64,000 nt of DNA from Minisyncoccota bacterium (GCA_035510575.1 DATKGV010000012.1:7596-71595), one strand, 5' to 3'; numbered from the stretch's first letter, positions 37,564 through 47,178 are shown. Translations and numbers: made by a program. The notes: generated from the letters alone by a model not told the origin.

Positions 37564-38109
37564 ATGTCAAAATTCACTACAGGGTCAAGTAAAAGCGACT
37601 ATTCCAAGAAAATATTGAAGATTTTGGCTGAAAAACCGGCAGTTTCTGTTATGGAACTTGTAGATAGGGCTTTAGGCGCTCAGATAGCGCCTAAAGCCCT
37701 ATCTACGTATGCCCTTACACGCTCGCTAAAAGGCCTTACAGAGGCAGGATTTGTTGAGAGCGTATCATCGGGTCAAAACGAATACGCGCGTCTTACAAAC
37801 GAAGGCAAGCGCAAGGCCTATAGCATAAAACTGGAATCCGGACTTGTTTCAACGAAATGGGACGGCTATTGGCGAATGATTATGCTTGATCTGCCAGAAG
37901 AACGCAAAAGCGAACGCGAGGCGCTTCGCTATCTGCTCAAAAAGGCCGGATTTGTCTGTGTTAAAAATTCTGTCTGGGTGTCTATGTACCCATATGAGAA
38001 TCTTTTCATAAATATTAAAAAAGATCTCGGTCTTACAACCGAGATGATGATACTCGTCACAGATAAAATTGACGAAGAAACAGAGAAAGAATTAATTAAG
38101 ATGTTTTAA
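37564..38109 (+). CDS. Small winged-helix regulator with a PaaX_C-like C-terminal domain.
   Basis: N-terminal wHTH ILKILAEKPAVSVMELV. C-terminal WDGYWRMIMLDLPEERKSEREALRYLLKKAGF...NSVWVS resembles the PaaX C-terminal domain. Located between grpE and dnaK. Confidence 0.45.
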   Translation: MSKFTTGSSKSDYSKKILKILAEKPAVSVMELVDRALGAQIAPKALSTYALTRSLKGLTEAGFVESVSSGQNEYARLTNEGKRKAYSIKLESGLVSTKWDGYWRMIMLDLPEERKSEREALRYLLKKAGFVCVKNSVWVSMYPYENLFINIKKDLGLTTEMMILVTDKIDEETEKELIKMF

Positions 38110-38722
38110 ATTCAAATATAGTCACTCTGGCCGGGCGAATGATTCTGACTTGCCCCGTATTTGCGGGGTCGCCTATCTTGTATCCGGCTTGGATTACTTT
38201 TTCTATGATATGATCTTTACTTTGATCGTCAGTTAAAACGCTTTCAATGGACTGATGAAGATTAGGATCAAAAGGCACATTTACTTTATCGATTTTCTCA
38301 ACGCCGGAATTGGATAAGCTTGTCATAAACTGCTGGTAAATGTATTCAATGCCTGTCCGCCAATTTTTATCAACGTTTTCCCAGACGTCTTTGTTGGCAA
38401 ATGCCATATCAAAGCTATCAAGCGCCGGAAGAAGATTTTCTATTATTCTCTCTTTGGCATGTATTGAGACGCTCTTGCTGATTTGATCCATTTCTTTCTG
38501 TAGATTGATATAATCGGCTTTGGCTCTCTGCCAGCCGGTCAGATATTCCTCTTTTTCAGCGCGAGCTTTCTTCAAATCCTCCCTTAATTTCTTGACAATA
38601 TCTTTTGTCGGCAATTCATCGCCGTCTTCAGTGCTGTCAACAAAAGTCACATCTTGGAAATTTTCTTCAGGTTCTTGTTTTTTTATTTCTTCTTCATTAT
38701 CCATATAAATTATCATAAACAA
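38096..38722 (-). CDS. grpE: Nucleotide exchange factor GrpE.
   Basis: Acidic N-terminus, coiled coil, GrpE C-terminal beta domain. Confidence 0.85.
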   Translation of the reverse strand: MFMIIYMDNEEEIKKQEPEENFQDVTFVDSTEDGDELPTKDIVKKLREDLKKARAEKEEYLTGWQRAKADYINLQKEMDQISKSVSIHAKERIIENLLPALDSFDMAFANKDVWENVDKNWRTGIEYIYQQFMTSLSNSGVEKIDKVNVPFDPNLHQSIESVLTDDQSKDHIIEKVIQAGYKIGDPANTGQVRIIRPARVTIFEFKTS

Positions 38723-38760
38723 AAAATCAGATTATCGCAAATCTGATTTTTTTAAAATAT

Positions 38761-39177
38761 TTAACGCTTGCTCCACTGCGGCGATTTGCGGGCTTTTTTG
38801 AGTCCGAATTTCTTGCGTTCAACGACGCGAGGATCGCGCTTGAGCATTTTGGCTTTCTTAAGAGGACTGCGAAGTTCTGCGTCAAATAATACCAATGCGC
38901 GCGATATGCCATGGCGAACCGCTTCGGCTTGAGCGTGAACGCCTCCGCCGCGAACAGTAGCGATTATTTCAAATTTGTCCGCTGATGCCGCTATTTCAAA
39001 GGCCTCGGTGACAATCTTTTTCAATTCAGCTGTCGGGAAATATTTGATAAACTCTTTGCCATTAATCGAATATGAATTCTTGGAAGCTTTATGAAGGCGA
39101 ACAACGGCAGTCGCGGTCTTGCGGCGGCCAATGGCTCTCCAGTATTCTTTTTCTTTTGTTGGTGATTTCTTTTCCAT
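38761..39177 (-). CDS. rpsI: Ribosomal protein uS9.
   Basis: TVRGGGVHAQAEAVRHGISRAL...RDPRVVERKKFGLKKARK. Confidence 0.9.
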   Translation of the reverse strand: MEKKSPTKEKEYWRAIGRRKTATAVVRLHKASKNSYSINGKEFIKYFPTAELKKIVTEAFEIAASADKFEIIATVRGGGVHAQAEAVRHGISRALVLFDAELRSPLKKAKMLKRDPRVVERKKFGLKKARKSPQWSKR

Positions 39178-39180
39178 AAA

Positions 39181-39534
39181 TTATTCTTTTACTGTTAAAT
39201 GCTTCATCATTTGAGGCCTGAGCTTGTTGGACGGAAGCATTCCATAGACAGCCAGTCCATAAAGTCCGGCCCAGCCCTTTTTGCCGATTATTTCCGCATT
39301 AGTTGAAGTTCTGAAACCTCCGGGATATCCTGAATATCTCTCATGAAGGGTCTCATTCATCCGGCGGAGCGACATTTTTGTTTTGCTTGCATTTATTATA
39401 TCTACGCGGACATCGGCAACTTTGTTCGGAACATAATCCGGGCTTGTCTTTCCCATGAGAGCTTTGGCGGCTTCTGAAGCTATTCGCCCGAAAGCTTTAT
39501 CTGTTGCATCAATTGTGTATGTTTTCATAGTCAT
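39181..39534 (-). CDS. rplM: Ribosomal protein uL13 (short form).
   Basis: uL13 pattern GRIASEAAKALMGK...YSGYPGG. Conserved rplM-rpsI order. Confidence 0.85.
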   Translation of the reverse strand: MTMKTYTIDATDKAFGRIASEAAKALMGKTSPDYVPNKVADVRVDIINASKTKMSLRRMNETLHERYSGYPGGFRTSTNAEIIGKKGWAGLYGLAVYGMLPSNKLRPQMMKHLTVKE

Positions 39535-39536
39535 AA

Positions 39537-39890
39537 TTATACAAATTCTATTATTGCCATTTTGCTTGCATCGCCCGCGCGGCGCGGCAATTTGGTAATG
39601 CGCGTATATCCTCCGGAGCGGCTTTTATATTTAGGAGCGATAACATCGATTAATTTGTCCGCCTCGGCTTTAAGATTATATAAGCGGGAAATAACTAGGC
39701 GTCGAGACGCCAAAGTGCCGATATTGGCTTTTGTAATCATTTTTTCAACCATCGGGCGCAGTTCTTTGGCTTTTGCTTCAGTCGTTTCAATACGACCATG
39801 GGCGATAAGCGACAAGACCAAGCCCTTCAATAAGGCGCTTCTTTGGCTTCTGCCTCTTCCGAATTTTCTAATGTTATTGTGATGTCGCAT
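39537..39890 (-). CDS. rplQ: Ribosomal protein bL17.
   Basis: MRHHNNIRKFGRGRSQRSALLKGL...GGYTRITKL. Confidence 0.9.
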   Translation of the reverse strand: MRHHNNIRKFGRGRSQRSALLKGLVLSLIAHGRIETTEAKAKELRPMVEKMITKANIGTLASRRLVISRLYNLKAEADKLIDVIAPKYKSRSGGYTRITKLPRRAGDASKMAIIEFV

Positions 39891-39906
39891 AAAATATAAT
39901 TAATAA

Positions 39907-40884
39907 TTACTTAAGAGTTATACCATACCCGCCGAGAATTTTCTTTATTTCTTGTATTCCTTTGTCGCCGATGCCTTCGATCTCAAGCAAGTCCTCTTTC
40001 TTCTTGCGGGCGATGCCGCCGATTGTCCTGATATTGGCGCTAGTCAAGGCATTTAGCGTGCGAGTGGAAAGATCAAGAGTGTCTATGCGGGTCTTTAAAA
40101 TATCCGTAAACTCATTGCCTTCGCTCTTTAGAGAATCATTTTTTTCTTTTGAGTTTTCTTCTTTCATATCTTCCTTGCCAGGCAATCTGGAAGATATGGC
40201 AAAACCGATAATGGCTTGCAGTTGTTCTACCATGATAGTAATGGCTTTTTCAAGCGCTTCGCGAGGAGAAAAAGTGCCATCTGTTTCAATGATCATGCGC
40301 AAGCGATTATGGTTTGTCTTGTCTCCGACGCGCATATTTTCAACTTCATAAGCAACGCGCCTGATAGGAGTAAAGATGGCATCGACAGCTATGACGCCGA
40401 CTTCGGTTTTTGTTTTTTGGTGCAAATCCTTTGGGACGAATCCTAGCCCTTTTTGTATTGTCATTTCAATAGAAAGAGTAATCTTGCCGGTAACTTCGGC
40501 TATATGAAGATCTTTATTCAAAACTTCTACCTGGCCAGTGGCTTCAATGTCTCCAGCTGTGACTGATTTAGGCCCTTTGACCAATAATCTCACAACTTGC
40601 GGTTCGTCTGTCAGCAAGCGGAAGCGGATTTGCTTTAAATTCAGCAGGATAGTTATAACATCCTCCTTAACGCCGTCAAGAACAGAAAATTCATGATCAA
40701 CTCCGTCTATTTTAAGAGAAGTAATAGCCGCTCCGACAAGCGATGAGAGCATAATGCGGCGAAGCGAATTGCCCAAAGTATGCCCATAACCCGGATAAAG
40801 GCCGTCTATTTCATAAACGCCTTTCGTGCCAGCTTCGGAAACTATTGATAATTTTGACGGCAATATGATATTTAAATCAGACAT
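39907..40884 (-). CDS. rpoA: RNA polymerase alpha subunit.
   Basis: Alpha N-terminal domain plus C-terminal domain. Operon context rpsD-rpoA-rplQ. Confidence 0.9.
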   Translation of the reverse strand: MSDLNIILPSKLSIVSEAGTKGVYEIDGLYPGYGHTLGNSLRRIMLSSLVGAAITSLKIDGVDHEFSVLDGVKEDVITILLNLKQIRFRLLTDEPQVVRLLVKGPKSVTAGDIEATGQVEVLNKDLHIAEVTGKITLSIEMTIQKGLGFVPKDLHQKTKTEVGVIAVDAIFTPIRRVAYEVENMRVGDKTNHNRLRMIIETDGTFSPREALEKAITIMVEQLQAIIGFAISSRLPGKEDMKEENSKEKNDSLKSEGNEFTDILKTRIDTLDLSTRTLNALTSANIRTIGGIARKKKEDLLEIEGIGDKGIQEIKKILGGYGITLK

Positions 40885-40910
40885 ATGATTTTGCGTTACT
40901 TTATAAATTA

Positions 40911-41519
40911 TTAACGACTATAAAATTCAAGCACAGTATTAAGATCAAGGTATCCTTCTATATTTTTAGGATTGCCCTGCATAACTCCGGAAAGCGATTC
41001 AATATTAAAAGTCAGCCAATTTGGAAGATTATATTCTTTCATTTTTTTATCCATGTCGGCGAACAACGGGCTTTTCCTGCTTCCTTCGCGGACGGCAATC
41101 ACATCGCCGATGCGAACTTGGCTAGACGGGATAGTTGTTTTTTTGCCGTTCAATATTATATGCCCGTGAGAAACCATCTGGCGGGAAAGGCGCCTAGTAT
41201 GAGCAAGCCCAAGGCGGTAAACGATATTATCAAGCCGAGTTTCAAGCAAATCAAAAAGATATTCGGTGGCCAAAACGCCCTTATGGGAAACCGCTTCTTT
41301 TACGTAATTTGAAAATTGTTTCTCGCTGAGGCCGTACATAAAGCGAACTTTCTGTTTTTCCACGAATTGCAAGGCATATCCTGAAAGAACTTTAGGCCTT
41401 TTGTTTTTAAGATTTTTGGAATGCTTGGCTTCAGACATCGTGAATTTTGGCGTCTGACATTTTTCAAATACGCCTGATCCCAAACGCCTGCAAATTTTAT
41501 ATTTTTTGACTGTTTTCAT
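40911..41519 (-). CDS. rpsD: Ribosomal protein uS4.
   Basis: N-terminus KYKICRRLG. S4 RNA-binding domain. Start placed at MKTVKK, because the ORF-track extension overlaps the intercistronic hairpin. Confidence 0.85.
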   Translation of the reverse strand: MKTVKKYKICRRLGSGVFEKCQTPKFTMSEAKHSKNLKNKRPKVLSGYALQFVEKQKVRFMYGLSEKQFSNYVKEAVSHKGVLATEYLFDLLETRLDNIVYRLGLAHTRRLSRQMVSHGHIILNGKKTTIPSSQVRIGDVIAVREGSRKSPLFADMDKKMKEYNLPNWLTFNIESLSGVMQGNPKNIEGYLDLNTVLEFYSR

Positions 41520-41529
41520 AATATTTGTT

Positions 41530-41571
41530 CCCCATGTCGGACTTGTGGTTAGCCATAAGTCCGACATGGGG
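41530..41571 (-). promoter_or_regulatory. Intercistronic hairpin between rpsK and rpsD, with a perfect 15-bp stem.
   Basis: CCCCATGTCGGACTT / AAGTCCGACATGGGG with a 12-nt loop. It starts 6 nt after the rpsK stop and ends about 10 nt before the rpsD start. Confidence 0.6.
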
Positions 41572-41576
41572 TCTCA

Positions 41577-42032
41577 TTAGACCCTTCTCGGCTTTTTTGG
41601 CTTTGGACCGTTATGAGGAACCGGGGTCATATCGCGAATGCTTGTTATATCTATATCGTAAGCCATGAAAGCGCGGATAGTCGGCTCGCGGCCGCTGCCG
41701 ACTCCTTTGACGACAACATCGACCTCTTTAATGCCAAGCTCCTTTGCTTTTTCACCGACAGCCGAACCGGCTTTTGAAGCGGCAAAAGGCGTGCCTTTTT
41801 TAGCTCCTTTAAACCCCAATGATCCGGCGGAAGTCCAATAAATCGTGTTGCCATTTTTATCCGAAAGAAGAACTTTCGTGTTATTGAAAGTGGCTTCGAT
41901 ATGCAATGTTCCGGAAATGAACTTCTTCTTAGGAATTTTCGGCGCTTGGCTGGGCGAACTTTCCGCAACATTTTTTTCTGCCGGCTCAATTTTGTCTTCT
42001 TCTTTTTTGGTTATAATTTTTATTTTTCCCAC
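41577..42032 (-). CDS. rpsK: Ribosomal protein uS11 with a Lys-rich N-terminal extension.
   Basis: ATFNNTKV...TSAGS...TPFAA...VKGVGSGRE...TPVPHNG. Confidence 0.85.
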   Translation of the reverse strand: MGKIKIITKKEEDKIEPAEKNVAESSPSQAPKIPKKKFISGTLHIEATFNNTKVLLSDKNGNTIYWTSAGSLGFKGAKKGTPFAASKAGSAVGEKAKELGIKEVDVVVKGVGSGREPTIRAFMAYDIDITSIRDMTPVPHNGPKPKKPRRV

Positions 42033-42074
42033 TTTAGTATGTTTGCTAATTAATAAATCAAATAAAAATCAATT

Positions 42075-42455
42075 CTATGTCTTTTCAGCTTTTCTTCGTC
42101 CGCTGCCCATTGTCTTCCTGACATTGCCTCTGACCGTGCGAGAATTGGTCTTGGTCCTCTGCCCGTTGACTGGAAGGCGGCGCATATGGCGTATTCCCCT
42201 GTAGGTCTTAATATCTTTTAATCTTTTTATATTGGCGGCAATTTCACGCTTTAAAACGCCTTCAATGGGCATGGTCTCAATGATTTTGCGGATTGCATTT
42301 TCTTGATCAACAGTTAGAGCGTCGCTTTTTATGTTAGGGTCTATCTTGGCTTCTTTCAGTATTTTTCTGGCGCGGGAAATGCCTATGCCATATAAGCAGG
42401 TCAAACCTACGTCTAAATGCTTATTGTTTGGAATTGTTATGCCTAATATTCTCAT
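42075..42455 (-). CDS. rpsM: Ribosomal protein uS13.
   Basis: MRILGITIPNNKHLDVGLTCLYGIG. Confidence 0.9.
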   Translation of the reverse strand: MRILGITIPNNKHLDVGLTCLYGIGISRARKILKEAKIDPNIKSDALTVDQENAIRKIIETMPIEGVLKREIAANIKRLKDIKTYRGIRHMRRLPVNGQRTKTNSRTVRGNVRKTMGSGRRKAEKT

Positions 42456-42457
42456 AA

Positions 42458-42568
42458 TTACTGCTTCTGCTTGTGCTTAGGATTAGAACAAACCACGCGA
42501 AGATGGCCTTCGCGTTTTATCATCTTGCACTTGGCACAAATTTTTTTTACGGCTGATTTTATCTTCAT
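42458..42568 (-). CDS. rpmJ: Ribosomal protein bL36.
   Basis: [36 protein letters not shown]. Internal start used. The ORF-track extension is not conserved. Confidence 0.85.
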   Translation of the reverse strand: MKIKSAVKKICAKCKMIKREGHLRVVCSNPKHKQKQ

Positions 42569-42672
42569 ATTCTTTATCACGCGAAAGAAAAATATAGGGA
42601 CCTTCCCCGTATTTTCAACTAAAAATGCTATATGACAGTATGATACATTATTTGAATAAAAAAGCAAGAGGA

Positions 42673-42888
42673 TTAAACTCTTTTGATTATCCTGCCTTTT
42701 CCGCCATACGAATCAATGAGAACTTCAACGCGATCCCCCACTAATACCTTGATTCTATGTATCCGCATTTTGCCGGCAAGATACGAGATAATATTCTTGC
42801 CATCGCCCACATCAACTCTGAAAAGAGTGTTAGGAAGAGCTTCAGTGACAGTGCCTATAACAGTATTATTATCGTCTTGTTGATTCAT
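42673..42888 (-). CDS. infA: Translation initiation factor IF-1.
   Basis: S1-like OB fold. [14 protein letters not shown]...[11 protein letters not shown]. Confidence 0.9.
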   Translation of the reverse strand: MNQQDDNNTVIGTVTEALPNTLFRVDVGDGKNIISYLAGKMRIHRIKVLVGDRVEVLIDSYGGKGRIIKRV

Positions 42889-42931
42889 TTAATGTGACCA
42901 TATTGTAACAAAAGAATATTTTTCCGTCAAA

Positions 42932-44212
42932 TTATTGCGTATAAATCTTTATTCTAGAGGTATCATCTGGCAGATATGACTGCCATGGCGGAAAGATTTT
43001 GATGCTGGCGGAATCTATGCCGGGATCTTGCTTGAATATCGACTGTATGGAATCTTTTGAAACTCCCATCAAATTTGATTTGATTGCCGTTATATCCGGC
43101 TGCCAGAGGGCTTCTATATTGCCAGTCAAAGTAAACGGCAATGATTGAGTATCTTTGCCTATTAACTGATTTGGATCTGCAAAACTAAAAGATAATCCGG
43201 GCACATTGCTTATTGTTATCTCTTTCAATTCATCAGCCGAAACATCGGGAAATAGATTTTTTATCAATACTGCCGATAAGTCATTTTCTTTTAAGAGAAT
43301 AGCTGATAATGTTCCGCTAATTTTAACGCTTGCATCCGGCGTTTTAGATAAAATATTATCATCGATACTATACGCAAACCTCACAGCACTAGGATACAAG
43401 AAATATCCAGCCGGTATTTCAGCATTCACTTTTTTAATCAAATTATCTTTGAATGACGAGTTGGCGATAATGCTCAAATTACTTTCTATTGAAAAATCGG
43501 TTTTATACACTTCTCCCTGCGCTCCGCCCGCTAATGCTGTTTGTATTTTGCCGTATATCTTGCTATATTTCGGCGTTCCTTTAAATGAACTTACGTTAAA
43601 ATCGCTTGGTGATCCGTTATAGGAATCGCCTGCCAGAAATGCAGTTATAGAAGCAAGAGTTTTTCCGGGAATAATTTTGCCGGCGCTCTTTGCATATCCC
43701 GGTATGGATACGGCCTTATCGGTCAAATACGCTTTTCCGCCGGTATCTGAAAGGAAAGCGTGCATTGGCAATTTTATCGGTTGCGCGCTGTATTCATTAT
43801 ATAAAGTAATTATGCCCTTGGCTTTCAAAGATACATTGCTTGATTCGGTAAAGACCACGTTCTCGTTTTCCTGATCAGAAACAATCATTAATTCAAACGT
43901 TATAGGATTATTTATTTGCGCGGATGCGCCGGTATTTTTCAAAGCGATAAATTGCTTATTATTTAAAGTTAACGATTGATGTTTTGCTTTTATATTGATA
44001 TTGGCCACTTGAAATTCATTTGAAATCCAATATATTCCTCCGATAAAAGATACAATTAACAGTACAACAACCAAACCGCGCAAATAACTTTTATTTTTAT
44101 GTTCATGCGGCAATTGCGCGCTTGTTAAAGTTTCTTTGGGGCGCGCAATACGAACCATATCATGATTTCTTGATTTATTAGATTTTACATCTTCCAATAA
44201 TTTTTTGCTCAT
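42932..44212 (-). CDS. Hypothetical membrane-anchored protein with one TM helix and a large extracytoplasmic domain.
   Basis: Start taken at MSKKLLED, which forms an ATGA overlap with the upstream FtsA/PilM-like gene. TM LRGLVVVLLIVSFIGGIYWI. Confidence 0.4.
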   Translation of the reverse strand: MSKKLLEDVKSNKSRNHDMVRIARPKETLTSAQLPHEHKNKSYLRGLVVVLLIVSFIGGIYWISNEFQVANINIKAKHQSLTLNNKQFIALKNTGASAQINNPITFELMIVSDQENENVVFTESSNVSLKAKGIITLYNEYSAQPIKLPMHAFLSDTGGKAYLTDKAVSIPGYAKSAGKIIPGKTLASITAFLAGDSYNGSPSDFNVSSFKGTPKYSKIYGKIQTALAGGAQGEVYKTDFSIESNLSIIANSSFKDNLIKKVNAEIPAGYFLYPSAVRFAYSIDDNILSKTPDASVKISGTLSAILLKENDLSAVLIKNLFPDVSADELKEITISNVPGLSFSFADPNQLIGKDTQSLPFTLTGNIEALWQPDITAIKSNLMGVSKDSIQSIFKQDPGIDSASIKIFPPWQSYLPDDTSRIKIYTQ

Positions 44213-45369
44213 ATTATTTTCGCTTTCCTCCTTGCAATAGCTATCGCTTCTATCATTAAAAATGGATCGCATATATTGTCTTTTATGCTGCACATGTTCA
44301 AAAATTCCTGTCCCTCTAGGGTTACTACGGCGCACTTTCTGTCGCGTTTCATAGCATCAATAAATAACTCTTTAATATCCGCATCGGCAGTCAAAAATAC
44401 GGTCTTAGGAATTTGCAGCTTGCCGCGTAAATCATAAACGCATTGCCTGAATGATTTATGCCATAAGTCCTTGATCGATTCAATTATCGGCTTAATCTTA
44501 TTTTTGCGCTTTTCTTCCATAATGTCAGCCATGAAAAGATTGAGTAATTCTCCGGCATCGCGCAATTCCATATGAAGGTTGGCGCATAAATGCCTTAAAA
44601 AAGTATTTTTTCCAAAGGGAAAAGAAATTGATGTTTCCAGAACTCCGCGAGATACGATGCCAATATCGGTAATCTCTCCGCCAATATCAAGCAAAATATA
44701 TGAGTCAGGGCTCACGTATTTGTCGCGCACAGCCAGATAGGAAGCCAGCATAAACGATGAAAAAGAAATATTCCTGCTGTTCAAGGTGTTTGACAATGTA
44801 TCGCGCATCTTATTTAAAAATAATTTAGGCGAAAGAGATGCAAGCATGCTCATTTCCAAGGACTTGGCGGACTTGCCGATTGGATTTTCGTCCCTATGAT
44901 TATCCAACAAAACGCTCATAATGCGATTCTCTATTAATTCCGGAACGCTATCAATTCCTTTATATTTTTTCTGGTATTCGGAATTTAATTTGGATATTTC
45001 TTTTTTAATCAAATCGGACGCAAATTTTTCCCTGAAAATAAATGAGTGCTCCTTGGATATTTTTATAGTTCTAGTTTCCGATAAATACCAAGGCGAAGCC
45101 AAGACGCAGACAATTTCATCAGGCACGCCGATTTTTTCGTTGTAAATGGATATTGCGACAGAGTTCAAAGCAGAAATGGTATCCTTTATAAACAAATCAG
45201 GACTAAATTCGCCGCGAAATTTAATTTCTTTGCGGAATGATTTAATTATAGTTGGTAAACTATTTGCATCGGAAGAAATATGAGCAAAAGCTCCTCCAAC
45301 ACTGCCGGAGCCGATATCAAAAATTATTGCTTTTCTTGCGTTATTCTTTTGCTTGAACAGAAATCCCAT
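44209..45369 (-). CDS. Actin-fold ATPase of the FtsA/PilM family.
   Basis: Phosphate-1 IFDIGSGSVGGA. Phosphate-2 LLDIGGEITDIGIV. No FtsZ gene follows, so PilM-like cannot be excluded. Confidence 0.5.
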   Translation of the reverse strand: MGFLFKQKNNARKAIIFDIGSGSVGGAFAHISSDANSLPTIIKSFRKEIKFRGEFSPDLFIKDTISALNSVAISIYNEKIGVPDEIVCVLASPWYLSETRTIKISKEHSFIFREKFASDLIKKEISKLNSEYQKKYKGIDSVPELIENRIMSVLLDNHRDENPIGKSAKSLEMSMLASLSPKLFLNKMRDTLSNTLNSRNISFSSFMLASYLAVRDKYVSPDSYILLDIGGEITDIGIVSRGVLETSISFPFGKNTFLRHLCANLHMELRDAGELLNLFMADIMEEKRKNKIKPIIESIKDLWHKSFRQCVYDLRGKLQIPKTVFLTADADIKELFIDAMKRDRKCAVVTLEGQEFLNMCSIKDNICDPFLMIEAIAIARRKAKII

Positions 45370-45414
45370 AGCATTATCATTATACTACAGGATTTGATAA
45401 AAGCGTTAGTAAAA

Positions 45415-47178
45415 TTATTCTAAAACGGCCTTAATGCGCCTGATGCCTGAAGAGACGGCTTCTTCTTTGATTATTTTAAAATGGCCCAATTTGGAAGTGT
45501 TTTGGACATGCGGTCCGCCGCAGAATTCTTTGGAGATAGGATTGCCATTTTTATCTGAAATTACGTAAATTGAAACAATTTGCGGATATTTTGCGCCAAA
45601 CTCCATTTCTGCGCCGATTTTTTCCGCTTCAGACAATGGCATCTCATGATGAACGACTGCAAGACCTTCTTTTATTTTAGCATTGACCCAATTTTCCGCT
45701 TTTTTCTTCTCTTCATCGGTTAATTTGTGATCGCAAATAAAATCCATACGCAAGCGCTCTTCAGTAATATTGCTTCCGCGCTGTTTTATTTCCGGACTAA
45801 CAATAGCTTGAAGTCCAGCAAGCAACAAATGATGCGCAGTATGGAGTTCTATCGTTTTTTCATTATGATTTGCCAGACCGCCTTTAAACATGCCAGCAGC
45901 AGAAGTGCGAGATAGTTCTTGGTGTTCTTTGAGAGCTTCTTCAAAACCAATCTCGTCAAACTCAACGCCTTCTTCAGTACAAAGTTCTTTCATTATCTCC
46001 ATTGGAAAACCAAAAGTCTCAAATAAATAAAAAGCATTTTCGCCACTCAATCTTTTTTTAAGAGAAATACCATTAAAAGTTTTAATATTTTTAATTGAAA
46101 CGCCGTTCACAGTTTTAACATTTTCAATAGGTATTCCATTAATATTTGAAATATTGCTTATAAATTTTTTAAACTCTTTAAGACCATACTCCAATGTTTG
46201 CCTAAATTTACTTTCCTCTTTTGTTATTTCACCTTTATCATCAAGACTATAAGTATTTCTATAAATCTTTTTTATTTTTTCAATTTCTTGAGTAAGTGAA
46301 GTTTTAGAAAGTCGCACAGCTCTTCTGATTAACCTTCTTAACACATATCCTCTTCCCGTATTTGCCGGCAAGATACCATCGGAAATCATAAAAAGAGCAG
46401 TTTTGACATGATCCGCAATAATGCGCTCATTTCTTGTTTTTTCATTATTAAACAAATCCGTATCATAAACGCTTTCTTTCTTATCCACTATTGTGAGCAA
46501 TCTCTCAAGCCCCATGCCGGTATCAACGCCAAGAATTGCTAATTTTTCAAGATTGGCTTCACCTTTATCTAATTGTTCCCGTGAACCATCGCAGAAATAT
46601 TCATTGAAAACAATATTCCAAATTTCCACATCTTCGCCGCTGGCATTTTTGCAATAAATCTCGGTTGTCGGACCGCATGGTCCGGAATCACCAGTCGGGC
46701 CCCAGAAAACATCTTCGCCTTCTTCTCTGATGTCTTTAATTCCAATTTCTTTCCAAATTTTTTCCGATTCTTCGTCTTTCGGAACATTTTTATTTCCTTT
46801 ATAAAAAGTCACATAAGAAATTTGGAGTCCCAGTTCTTTGGCAATAAATTCATAGGCATATTCTATCGCTTCGCGCCGGCCATAGCCGCCGAAAGAAAAA
46901 TTGCCCAGCATTTCAAAAAAAGAAAGATGTGTCGCATCTCCCACCTCATCTATGTCTCCGGTGCGGACGCATTTCTGGACAGTTGCAACATTTTTAGCGC
47001 CGAAATCGCGCAAGGCATTTTCAGGCGCCCCGTAATACGGCTTAAATTGCTGCATTCCGGCAGTAGTGAAAAGCACCGAGATATCGCCCTCCGGCACCAA
47101 AGAAGAAGACGGCAATATCTTATGCCCGCGTTCTTTAAAAAATTCCAAAAATCTGCTGCGTAATTTTTCTGATTGCAT
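45415..47178 (-). CDS. alaS: Alanyl-tRNA synthetase, compact form with catalytic and editing domains and no C-Ala domain. It carries an internal tandem peptide repeat.
   Basis: Catalytic N-terminus FTTAGMQQFKP and SFFEMLGNFSFGGY. Editing motifs HTAHHLL and CGGPHV. Internal repeat NINGIPIEN/VKTVNGVSIKN/IKTFNGISLKK. Confidence 0.8.
   Translation of the reverse strand: MQSEKLRSRFLEFFKERGHKILPSSSLVPEGDISVLFTTAGMQQFKPYYGAPENALRDFGAKNVATVQKCVRTGDIDEVGDATHLSFFEMLGNFSFGGYGRREAIEYAYEFIAKELGLQISYVTFYKGNKNVPKDEESEKIWKEIGIKDIREEGEDVFWGPTGDSGPCGPTTEIYCKNASGEDVEIWNIVFNEYFCDGSREQLDKGEANLEKLAILGVDTGMGLERLLTIVDKKESVYDTDLFNNEKTRNERIIADHVKTALFMISDGILPANTGRGYVLRRLIRRAVRLSKTSLTQEIEKIKKIYRNTYSLDDKGEITKEESKFRQTLEYGLKEFKKFISNISNINGIPIENVKTVNGVSIKNIKTFNGISLKKRLSGENAFYLFETFGFPMEIMKELCTEEGVEFDEIGFEEALKEHQELSRTSAAGMFKGGLANHNEKTIELHTAHHLLLAGLQAIVSPEIKQRGSNITEERLRMDFICDHKLTDEEKKKAENWVNAKIKEGLAVVHHEMPLSEAEKIGAEMEFGAKYPQIVSIYVISDKNGNPISKEFCGGPHVQNTSKLGHFKIIKEEAVSSGIRRIKAVLE

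Noticed and set aside
42569-42667. A 33-codon extension of rpmJ (L36).
   Set aside because: bL36 is about 37-38 aa and begins MKxR/KxSVKK. The extension is not L36-like.
46060-46170. The tandem repeats in alaS as a possible CRISPR array or minisatellite.
   Set aside because: The repeats are imperfect, about 30 nt long and in frame within a conserved synthetase, with no spacer/repeat regularity. They were interpreted as a coding tandem duplication.
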